This document shows, one piece after another, positions 1 to 10,311 of a DNA stretch of 23,729 bases. The notes beneath the pieces are model-generated. The model searched no databases, was not told the DNA's origin, and saw only the letters and a program-made list of their open reading frames with translations. Numbering within the stretch: the first letter of the stretch is position 1; each line of letters begins with the position of its first letter. The stretch is from Sarea resinae (lineage: Eukaryota), in the NCBI GenBank assembly GCA_026026165.1, contig JAPEUD010000045.1, forward strand, positions 186,001 through 209,729, given 5' to 3'. A program made the translations under genes and the position numbers.

Positions 1-3000
1 AGTCGGCAAAGATGGCATTGGAGAGTTGTCCTTGGTGTAGTTGCTCGAAGAGGCCGTTAAGCTACTCGTGTCAGTCGCGCTCGATACGTTACGTTTATGA
101 GGGAAATTACCTTCCCACTGTCTTTAGAGTAGAATCGGACGCTTCGGTCGGCAAATCCCCATTCCAAACATTTATCATAATCCGGAGGCATGTTCAATCT
201 AAAGGCGGAACAATAGAGTAGCCGTTCATGCTTGGTTGAGTATTGCAGTGATGATATTTTCTCGTTGCTCTCTGACGATGATCGATTAGCAGAGAATATG
301 AGACAGCATATACGACCAACTCACCAAGTATTGGGAATGGAAGTCTAGTCAGAGACTTGGCCGCAGTATCAAGACCCCTAGGCTTATGTCGAGTTTCATC
401 CCGCTGAGGATGAGCTCGCTGGAATACTTGGTGGGGTGTCTGACCAAAGTTGTGGATTATACCGATAGTGGCAAGACGCTCCACAGGATCTTCAATATCG
501 TCTATGTTCCTAGCCCCGTGGTACGAAAGATGATGGAACACATTCGTCGCTTCTAATGCAGCTTCTCCTCTTTGCTTGAAACCAAACACAAGATCGATCC
601 ATTCGTGAAGATGCTTGCTGACGTAAGGACTCTCAAGAGCTTCCCTGTTCTTTGCGACGAAGATTTTGGGGTCTCCCTTGGCCCAAGGAGGAAGGGCTAC
701 ATTGTCGATAGGTTCATCGGTGCCTTGTCTTAGGCCAAAGTCGAATCCGTTTGCATTGGTGAGAAATTCCGGCAGATAGAAAAATTCAGGCGTTAGCTCT
801 CGCACGTCGGTCATATTGTTTCTTGACGCAGACATCCAAGCTTTTTCTATAGAGTAAAATAGCCGGTCAGCGTGATCGAAAGTACCGCCTTGGAGGAGAA
901 GATAAGATTGCACGAATGGTCGGAGTCTAATGAGATATGAGGTGACAATCATGGCGGAAGAGTAGTGAGTTCCGTAATGGAAAGGCGGCTGGTCTCCCAT
1001 CTCTGAGAAGGATTGATATCGATCTCTGAACTCCGCTTGCCTCTCTGGTGTCTGGCACCCCATTGGCTTTGACAGATCTCTGAAAGATCGAGGATTGTCG
1101 AGATCAAGTTCTTCACTGGTATAGTCGGCCAAGACCCATGGGAAAACGGGATATTGAGTGAGATCGTTGAACGTTCGGCCCGCCATAGTATTTACGAGCA
1201 TGAGGTAGTGAAAGTTCGAGAGTTCTCCCTTCACCCATTTCCGCGTGGCGGGAAAAGAAGATGTAGAATTGAACACGTTCACGAACTTGGACCCAAAAGA
1301 CTGCGGAACATCCTCGGGGCTCTTCAAGGCGTCAAGTCTCCAGGCATCTTCCGGATGAGGTGATGCTTGGTTTCCAACAACGTGCGGTGCTCGTGCTATC
1401 AGCTGCGAGTGAAGCTCATTACGAATCTGCGGAGAGAAAGCAGTGAGAAGATAGCTGCGACCATCGGTAAAGAAAACCTCGATGGCCACGTCTCTAAAGA
1501 GAAATCGGCGTTTCGAGATACTGATAACATCATGCCATCTCCAATTCCGAGATTCTGCCACACTGCCACCCGTGTGTTGTCTCCTATCACTTGGTTCTCG
1601 TCCTGATATCATTTGCACGTAAGGATCTCGTTCCTCGTGGGGAGCCTGCCACACGTTGACGATTTCGCCATCTGGTCTTTGGAAAAAGTCGTCTAGTAGA
1701 TATAAGCTGTCCTTTCCGAGAATAAGCAGTCCTTCGCAAGCTTCGAGACCAACGATCCGGGAGATATTATAGACATGTTGAACCTGGTCGCCATGTTGCA
1801 AACTTCTCATCACTTTTCGGTTTTTGTCTTCGAAACCATCTTCGTCGTCTTTTGGGTCCTCTACCATCTCGAATCCGTCCTCGTGAGACTCCGGCTCTTC
1901 TGTCATTTCGCCTACCGTCTCAGTCCGCGCGGTGTCAAGTGTCGAATCTCCATGGAAGGTGGAGTGTTCTCGAATTGGGGTAGTACTGATCGCTTCGCTC
2001 ATTGAAACGGACCGCATCTTTGGATCTATTTTGAGGCTACTGCCCGAAACAGCTTCTGACTGCTTGCGCTTTGGACGGTAGAGCTCTTGGCGCAAAGTGT
2101 CGTCCGGCAATACTCGAAGTCTCATACGATTTCTCCCCTCTGTTTGATCGAGTCGCCACTTGCGAGGACTGCCGTCATCTAGTAGACCACAAGGCCGTCG
2201 CAGATCCCGATCAAGTTTGGTAAAGGTAGAGGATATAAATGTGAAGTTGTCTTGCTGGTCCTGCATTGCTCGTTGATGCTTCAGATGTTCTGAAGCAAAG
2301 ATGTTTGCCATCCAGTGACCAGCTGCGATCTCATGTCGATGGAGTACATCTTCAGAAGTGCGATCATCACTTAGCCACTGCCGGAGTTTCTCTCTCCTTC
2401 TGGCCACTCGAGTCTTGGCTGTCTCTTCAGTTCTTCGGTTTTCGTCGGAGACAAAGTCCTCCCAAGCCTTAGACATAGCTCCAAAGAAGAAAGCGTCAAG
2501 ATCAATCCGATGGTCATCGATCCAAGACAGAAAGGTCTCATTGTCGAGCTCCGTTAGCCTTCTGAAGCCCATCAAAAGATGCTTTTGATCTGAAGTCATC
2601 GTCTGGTTGAGCATAACAGATGTCTCGTTCGGCTTTTGGACGAGAATAATTCGCCAGAGATTTGCCGCGGCAAGTCTGATCCTCTCAGGTGAGCTTATGA
2701 GCTTTGTATAGAGCAGGTAGCATATCAGGCGTAGGAAATTGCCTTCTGTGTCCGGTGAGAGGATGATTGTTTGCCAATACATCATGCGGTCCAAGAATGC
2801 GACAGAATCATCCTCGGTTCCCGAATCGTCCAACTCCGAAAGTCGAAGGAGGACTACACGAAGGAAGACGATCCGAATAGATGAAACAGCCTGACTGCAG
2901 AGGCGTACGCTTTTGATTTTCGAGATATCGGCTCGCTGCAAGTATTCGAGAATTGTGCCAACAAAGTCAAGCAAAGGCTCAGCACCATTGAGGAACCATC

Positions 3001-6000
3001 CTTCGAACACGGCTTCTGCCAAATGCGATGAAAGACGAGAGATGTTGGTAATGACTCTTGGCTCCCAAAGGATTTTTTGATTTAGCTGAATGGTGGTACC
3101 GAGCTGAGATAGAGTATTCCGAAGAATATAAGATTCAAAGTAAGCTTGGTGCTCCTGAAATCCAGGAGGTACTTTCAAAAACAGGCCAAAGCCAGGAAAG
3201 TCCTTTCGCTCTAGTGTCTGCTCCGTGAATACTGCTATCACAACCTCCAAGAGGCTTTCTATGATAGAGTTACCAACATTAAGGGCAATGGCGGTTTTCG
3301 TCTTAGGAGACATGATCGCATTCAAACGAGCGGTGGAAGGCGAATGTTGTGCCTTGTCCGAGGTGACTAGTATGAAGGATGAACCACGCCGTAAAGGATT
3401 CGCCCTCTGCATTGTTGGACTTGGAGGCGGTTCTACAGTCATGGTTCGTACGACTGGAGGTGCCAGTTGATTTGACCGAGAATGCGGTCTGATCACGACA
3501 TCACTCCCATCAAAGGTCAAGGCGTTTCCTCGAGAGTAGAGCTCAGCCTCCGGACTGACCACATCCGAACTGACAATTACCGGAAAAAGAACAAAAAGAA
3601 GCTCTTGGACGTAGTTCGAGGAGACAGCGAAGTCCCGGAATGTCGAGAACTTTGAGTGGATATCACTTAGAAAGTGAATTACAGTTTGCAAGACAATAGC
3701 ATAGCCTCCTATACGATCCGCAGAAGGCCTTTGCAATTCTAAAAAAATGTCAGTGTCATTCGCTTGCTTTCGTAATGATCGCTTACGGAGAGATGCCAGC
3801 TCGGTCTCTAGATCCATGGATCTCGCCCTTGGTCGTCCTGGTCTTTGAACGTCTAGTCTTGTTGGGTCAGTGGATCGGTTTCCTCGTCCTTGCAGGGGTG
3901 AATCAGGACTATCCTGGTCCTTGACTACGGTTCTCAGTCCTTGCTGGATCATTGCGGTGATCACAGGCAATACTTCAGGATAAGCAATTCGGGCCTTTTC
4001 CTTGGCCGAGAAGGTGTCCAGAAAATTGTAAAGATCAAAAGATCGGTCAAAATCGATCTGTCCGACATCTTGGTCAAACAGAATGGCAAAGCAGATCGGC
4101 CAAATCGTTGGGATGTTCCACCAGTGCTTCAGCCGATGCCGCATAATCATAAAGCCGCCGGTCTTCTCAGCAAACTTGGTCACATAGCTCGAGCCATGGA
4201 CGACCAAAAGACGGGCCAGCAATTTGGCGCCCAGAATGACTACTCGAGGCTCATCCTCAGCGAGAAGAAACAAAAGCCACTAGCACCATCAGTCAAGTTG
4301 GAGACAATTGTAGACGAGCGAACTGACCTTGTTTGTCACTGTCCTAGCAAATTTCTTTATGTTGCTAGTTCCACTCTCATTGCAAAGGAGCTCACTATAC
4401 ATCTCCAAGACTTTGATGCCCAAGTGCGTGCGCGGAAGTTCATCCGAAGAAGGGCTTATAGGTGTAGGGGGCTTTACCACAGGAATTGCTAGAGACGGCC
4501 TCTTGTGGATGTTCTCTCTCGAGCCTGCTTCGGATTTTGTAGTACCTCTTCTATTCAGCGATGCTTTTGTAAGCGGGGCGGGCGTTTTATGCAGAGCATA
4601 AGTAACAAAAAGTGACAGGGAACGGAGTACTTCCGCAGACATGTTGCAGCTGACGAGAGATTTGAACGCCTTCATGAAGTCGGGTAGCACATCAGCAAGG
4701 AATGTCTCTCCCTTCAGAGCATCAAGTAACTTCTTCACGATACCTAGAAACTAGTGTTAGCAAGCTCAGTCCAAGGTGAGGAGATGTGCTGGAGAACTTA
4801 CGCATGCGGAACAATCTCTTCGAGTTGAAATGGTGATACTTGCTTTCTACACCGAACGTAACGAATTGCTTGTAATATGCTTTTTGGGTGTCTGAAGGGG
4901 CTTTACGCCACATGTCGAAGTCTACTAGAAGGGTCCTGTATCCCAGAGCATTGTTGATTATGGACTCTTCAGGATTCTTCTCGTTGTATCCCACGAAATT
5001 CAACACCAGCTGAAGCAATTCCCTGCTCAGTAACGCAATCTCTTCGGCACCGCCTTCGATCGTGGATGAACTTGCAGCATTGGATGGGCCAATGATCGTA
5101 CCTGCTCCCATTTTACCCCTTAAAAGAGCACCCAAAACGTTGAAGCCGCCTTCTCTTTCAACGGCTTCGCTGTTTCGCCAATTGTCTTTGATGCTGGCGA
5201 AGAATATATGGACCGCTTGGACCAGAGTCTTACGGGTCCTTGCGAGTTCAATCAAGTGAAGGCCAACGGCAGCACATCCGCCTATCCGCCAAATTGCATC
5301 ATCTAGGGATTGTGGAATAGCAACAATAAGGTCCCCTGTGAGAATAGCGATACCGTGTGGTTGGGTGAGAGCATCATCGATCGAAGGGAGTGCCCCGTTT
5401 ATCGCAATCGCATTTCCTCCAGCTCGAGTTAATTGATACAAATTCTTAGCTGCACGAGCGGAAAGACGAGAACTAAGTTGCTGATCATCGGTATTACTAA
5501 ATCCATCATCACTGAGCACAGCAGTCGGGAATATGCTTAACAAGATGCGAGACTCTGGTAGCAGGCCGCTAGCTTTTGATCGGATAACCGACACAATATC
5601 TGACTTCTCTTCTTTACCTGGATGCATCAGTTCATTACGCATATTGAGCCTAGCCGAAGCTTCATATGTCTGAAAAGAGCCCAAGCAATCCTGGAAGTTA
5701 CCATTGTAACGGGGCCCTAATTGGTGATGTACAGCAATGAGATCATCACTCAGAACCTCTTCGAATAGATGGGCTGAAGCGAGAGACCATCGCGACAAGA
5801 CAACGCCTCTTCCAAGCCGTGAAGAGAGATCCTGGGGCGTTCCGAGAAAGGCCTGGACAGGATTTTGCCGATGGCTTGAGGATGTCAAAGAGGCAAAGCT
5901 ATCTGTACTGGTGTTCAGAGGTGGACAGCTGGACGGATATTGGCATTTCACTTGTTCCGCAAACTCTCCATCCACAAACAGAGAAGCTCTGCTTGAGGTT

Positions 6001-7475
6001 GTCGTTCGAGGCCGTCGATGGACGACGGCGACATGGTACCAACGATTCTCCTCGAATTTGGTAGACTTAAAACGAACGCTCGGTCTTGAAGAGGTTATAG
6101 ATGTTTGGAGGATGAAATTTCGTGTGTCCTTTTCAATATAAATGAGAACGAAGCAAGTCTGGCTAGCGTCAAAGGCACCAAAGATAGTTGTATGAGCATC
6201 AGGATCGAATTTGTCTATTCGTATCCATGCAGTAAATGTGTAGCCGGCACTGGATGACGTAGGTGGAAAAGCACGCCCAATATTTGCTAGCTCGACAGAT
6301 GCAAAGCCGTGAAGCGAGAGGTCGAACTGGATGTGCGCTGGGCCTCGAGATGATTCGAGTGCCTTTTGAAGGAATGCGGCCACCGCAGGTGATGACCCAG
6401 CCTCGCGGTACAGATATCGAGCATCATTCAAGTTGCTGACGCCCAACTGGATCAAGACGCTGGACAACCTTCCTAGCAGCTGGGTCTCGGAGGATGACAA
6501 TGCAGAATCGAACTGTCGAGGAAGTATGGTGCTTAAGATACCCGTCGCATGTAGAGCAGCGAGATTTCGTTCGGAAGAGGTCGCGATCCGGTGAAGAGCT
6601 AGGATTATGGACATTGACGTAATCCTTGGTGATTTATCAGATGCAGGTCGGGATCCAAACATGGCGGACCAGAAATTGACAATGATTTTGACGATCTCTG
6701 GATTCTGAAGGATGCCATCGCCTCCGAAAGCTTTCTTAAGTTCCTTTTCGATAATCTTGGCCTCCTTCGTACAACCGCCCGTTATGGTATTTGAGGTTTC
6801 GTCTCCACCGGCTTTTGAATCCCGCTCAGACCCATGATCCTCAGACTTCTGGCTTCGTTCACTCACGTCGCTGCCCTCGAATCGCCTCTGGATGCCACGA
6901 AAAGTAGATGACAGCGTCTCCTCTCCTAATCCGAATGCAAACAAACAACCAAAAAGTTTGGCCTCTGCTATGGTATCATCATTTCCATCTTCCGCGCTTC
7001 CACTTCCCACTCCGGTGCTTGCCAGCGCCTGCTCGAGAGATCCCCAACCATCGCCCTCCACTCTCCTTGAAAAATACCGTCGATTGCCCCAGTGGCCGTT
7101 GAGGGTCTCAGACAAGACAGCCAATATTATCTTGAGTAGCTCGAAGAAGTCTGCCTTATCCTCGTCCGAAAGTGTAGATGCGTTGTAGAAACCGGACACG
7201 GAGCGTAGTGTGTTCAGCAGCGCCTGAAAGCCATGGAGATGGCGGAAAGCGTCCTTTGCTTGGCTTGGATAAGGCGTATCGACGAGAATCTGTCGGATCC
7301 AATGGAATTTCTCGGACTTGCCCCGCAGGCTCTCGCCCGTTACGGGTGTGCGGCTCGAAGAGCTGATCTCGTTAATGGCGTCGACAAGCGGTCGAAGCTC
7401 TTCGACGAGCGAAGCCGTTATTGGAGAATTGGATGCCGCGGTCGAGGACCTAGAACGGCGCATTGGAGTGGCCAT
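1..7475 (-). CDS. BPH1: BEACH-domain protein (beige/Bph1/Lvs1, WDFY3-like); ConA-like domain, PH-BEACH, BEACH and start of the WD40 region; 3'-partial, about 2406 codons in window
   Basis: ATG at 7475 (caaatcATGG). Inferred exons 7475-4802, 4743-4328, 4279-3787, 3738-325, 271-111, 61-<1. Introns 4801-4744 (GTAAGT..GCTAAC..TAG), 4327-4280 (GTCAGT..CTGAT..TAG), 3786-3739 (GTAAGC..ACTGAC..TAG), 324-272 (GTGAGT..CTAAT..CAG), 110-62 (GTAATT..ACTGAC..TAG); all joins keep the frame. BEACH signatures: KWVKGELSNFHYLMLVNTMAGRTFNDLTQYPVFPWV, FHYGTHYSS, GGTFDHADRLF, DVRELTPEFFYLPEFL, LPPWAKGDP, HEWIDLVFGFKQRG, NFGQTPHQVF. PH-BEACH: RRFLFRDVAIEVFFTDGRSYLL. ConA-like: GYTFTAWIRID..WYHVAVVH. Pre-PH motif: WRLDQTEGRNRMRLR. 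Confidence 0.95.
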
Positions 7476-7525
7476 GATTTGAAGCCAAAGCCAGGAAACC
7501 TAGCCGCAAGAGGCACGCGACTCAC

Positions 7526-7543
7526 GGGGGGGGGGGGGGGGGG
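7526..7543. repeat. G18 homopolymer (C18 on the BEACH sense strand, 50 nt upstream of the ATG)
   Basis: Directly visible: ctcac(G)18ctctctc. Confidence 0.9.
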
Positions 7544-7796
7544 CTCTCTCATCTATCAGATAGATTTGGCAGCCTCACGGGTAGGTTTGACCACGATCCG
7601 ACGTTCTGGGCGCTTCGTCATTGGTGGTGACACTGCCCGATCAGGTCGAAATCCCTATCAAACGACACTCAGACAGCTCACGCATCGAAGGAGGCAATCT
7701 TCAGTATAACCCTTCTCCCGCGGCTAACAGCTCATAATAGAAATCAAGACGAATGAATAGCAGCCGTGGAGGTATCATTCAATCAACAGAGCGGGC

Positions 7797-8145
7797 GTAC
7801 TGCGTAAGAGAAGGTACGGTGCGGTACAGTAGGTACGATACGGTACGGCAGGCAAGGTACGAGAGGAGTACTGAGTACGTATGCAGCTACGAGGACGCAG
7901 TACTGCGAGTACAGCCCTACTCGAGCCAGTCATCAGCATCGATCGATGACTGATAGGTAGTAGGTAAGGTACTCGTCCTCGTGCGTCGTGCTTCATAGGT
8001 ACTAAGAGTACGGAGTATTCGATTTCCAGGTACTCGTACTGCGGATGGCATCGCATCGAGTAGACGTACCCTGCGTGTACCCACTCTCCGGTCCCTTGGC
8101 AAGGCCTTTGCACTCGTTCGCCTTTCCTTTTCGCGCAGTACGTAC
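7797..8145. repeat. GTAC-rich low-complexity cluster
   Basis: 19 GTAC tetramers counted by hand in 349 nt. Confidence 0.8.
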
Positions 8146-9550
8146 TCAGTCTTGTCGATATCGGTATTGGCCTGGTGAGGCATATCAGGAGGATCGACGG
8201 GCGTCAGCTGCAGCCAGACGGCAAGACAAGAATGATGATACCCGAGGACTACGACGGGACTAGGTGCTACTAGGTCGCTTGCAATCAAACGCCGTGTTGA
8301 GAGGTACCTGCAAGTAGCTTAGCTACCCCTCCGAGCTCCAGTCCTCTGCCTCTCTGCAGCAGCCAAGTGGAGATTGTGCTTTGCGGCACGACAACGACCA
8401 CCCGTCCGATACCAAGTTATTGCTATATACGCATCCATCCGCGATGCATTCAGGTGTTACCTCTACGAGTAGTCAAAGGATAGGAGCATTGATATGTGTG
8501 TTCTTATGTGTCTAGCTGTCTCACCGTACAGAATTCAAAATGCTGTTAAAGGAGTCTTAGACTTCGCTCGTGCCTCTGCATATTGCAGAGAATTCTTGAA
8601 GTCGTTCTTAGTTAGTAGATAGAGCATGGCCCTTCAATGCCCATCTCATTCCAAAATCTAGAACGAAATCTAGTTATCAGGATATTGTCTGGGACAGACC
8701 ACGAGAGGAGGACAAGCCTTTTCACATTGCAAAGCGCCATGTCTCTTCAAGCTGCTCCCCATAGGCTCCCATGATAATGCATTCTGAGTGAAGGTAGTCG
8801 TCAGAAGTAGCTGTCCGTGCATAGACATCTGGGTAAGCACGGTTCGAATATGGCACTACTGTCTATGGGATAATCAATGTATCTGCTGCTCATCCTTGAG
8901 GCATGGTCGGAATGTCTTACGAACTCCGCCGTGGCTGTTCTAAAAGCAGTAGTATAGATCCCGGGCCCAGCATTTGGAGTATCCGTGCAATCGCAACCTT
9001 CCTAACGTCCATCACGAGCCGGAAGACCTTATTGCATCTCCCTCAGCCAGCTTCGTCATTGATTCGCAGCATCGAGACGAGGCACTTCTCGCAGCAACCT
9101 TGGAATCCGTTGAGTTCGATGACGCAAAATCTTCTATATCGAGCTCGAAGGTGCCGATCTTGATCCCCGCCCCCGCATCCATTGGTGTAACGGAAGGCCC
9201 TCTCATCTTTGGCTTGAGGCACGCGTGTTGGATTCAAGGTAGCTGTGCTGCGCAGAGCGCCTTGCCAGCGACAGCTTCGAGAAGATCCGAAGTCCAAGGG
9301 GGAGATGAAGACTTCTTCATATTGCTCCAATGTAGAAGTCAAAGCGACACGTCCTCCATCTGAGAAGGCATTGAAGGCAACACTTCGTTCGAAGATAGCG
9401 GGACCTCTGAACTATCGACGCGCCCGAGTTGGAATTCCTGCTCGATGATGGAAGGAAAGTAAGATGACGACCATCACCTATCTTCTGGATGACTCTATTT
9501 TGTCCCTTTATGTAATCATGTCCTTGGCTCACGAGGACGTGAGAGATCGA

Positions 9551-9590
9551 CAGGCATCAGCAGGCATCAGCAGGCATCAGCAGGCGTCAG
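9551..9590 (+). repeat. 10-bp tandem repeat (CAGGCATCAG) x4
   Basis: Three exact copies and a fourth CAGGCGTCAG. Confidence 0.95.
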
Positions 9591-10250
9591 CTGCGGCCAT
9601 ACGTCGTGATTCAGGGTACTGCATGTTACCGAGAAGACCATAGGTTAGTGGCGGACAGTCAAGTAGATCTAAGTAGTGGAGCTACCCCTCGTTGCACTTG
9701 AGCGCAGATCGTACGGCACGACAGGAACACCCACAGAAGCAATTGAAGTGCCTCCACGCCTCTAGTACTGCCGATCTAATTCTGGGGCCAGGCGGAGCGG
9801 CGGGCAATGGCGGGCGCTGGCGGGCTACGCCTGACAACAGTTTGGCGCTAACTGACTCCGCGAGGCGAAGAGCGACGTCGGCGGCCATGTCGAGCCCAGA
9901 TACGAGATAGCAGAACAGCGGTACCTCTCGTCCCAGCGTGCGCATCCTGCAGCACAGCCGCAATCACATCAATCGGTCCCGATAAGAGCTCGGGCGCATT
10001 GGGCTTAGCTCGGCGGTCCCAGCCTCCCCAACCGCCCGTAGGATGGGTCATCCATCCAAGTTGCGCCTCTTGCTCCTTGCGGAGTACCGTACCCGTACCT
10101 GCTGCCTCATGATATCGCCTTGCTGTCTCCATCCGCCTCCGCTCGCACCTCCTTCATCTACTCATCTACTCCCATCCTCCCCCATCCTTCCTTCATCCTT
10201 CCTTCTCTTGCTTCTCATCCTCAACTCTTCCTCATCCATCGATCCATCTC

Positions 10251-10268
10251 CAGCAGCAGCAGCAGCAG
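10251..10268 (+). repeat. (CAG)6 microsatellite in the presumed 5' UTR of the protease
   Basis: cagcagcagcagcagcag, ending 43 nt upstream of the ATG. Confidence 0.85.
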
Positions 10269-10311
10269 TCTTGTCTATCTCTCTATCCGAGCTCGTTTCA
10301 TTCATTTCATC

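Larger units (their letters stand above)
7476..10311. promoter_or_regulatory. Divergent (head-to-head) intergenic region of the BEACH gene and the vacuolar protease
   Basis: The two ATGs face away from each other, 2.8 kb apart. A CT-rich leader at ~10120-10310 precedes the protease. Transcription start sites cannot be determined from sequence. Confidence 0.7.

Noticed and set aside
194..324. ORF-track C-terminus of the BEACH ORF (GELVVYAV...IVPPLD*)
   Set aside because: It is read-through of intron 324-272 followed by an out-of-frame exon. The spliced frame continues (ESNEKISSLQY...EWGFADRSVRFY) beyond the window.
4289..4738. Separate 149-aa gene, and treating the 917-aa and 1359-aa ORFs as separate genes
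   Set aside because: All three are exons of one BEACH gene joined in frame by canonical introns.
7500..7525. GTGAGT donor-like site right after the poly-C tract in the BEACH leader
   Set aside because: The nearest TAG gives only about 26 nt with no branch point, too short for a credible intron.
10120..10311. 64-aa in-frame N-terminal extension of the protease from a TTG start
   Set aside because: The CT-rich leader lacks stops because of its composition, and the ATG at 10312 directly begins a typical signal peptide.
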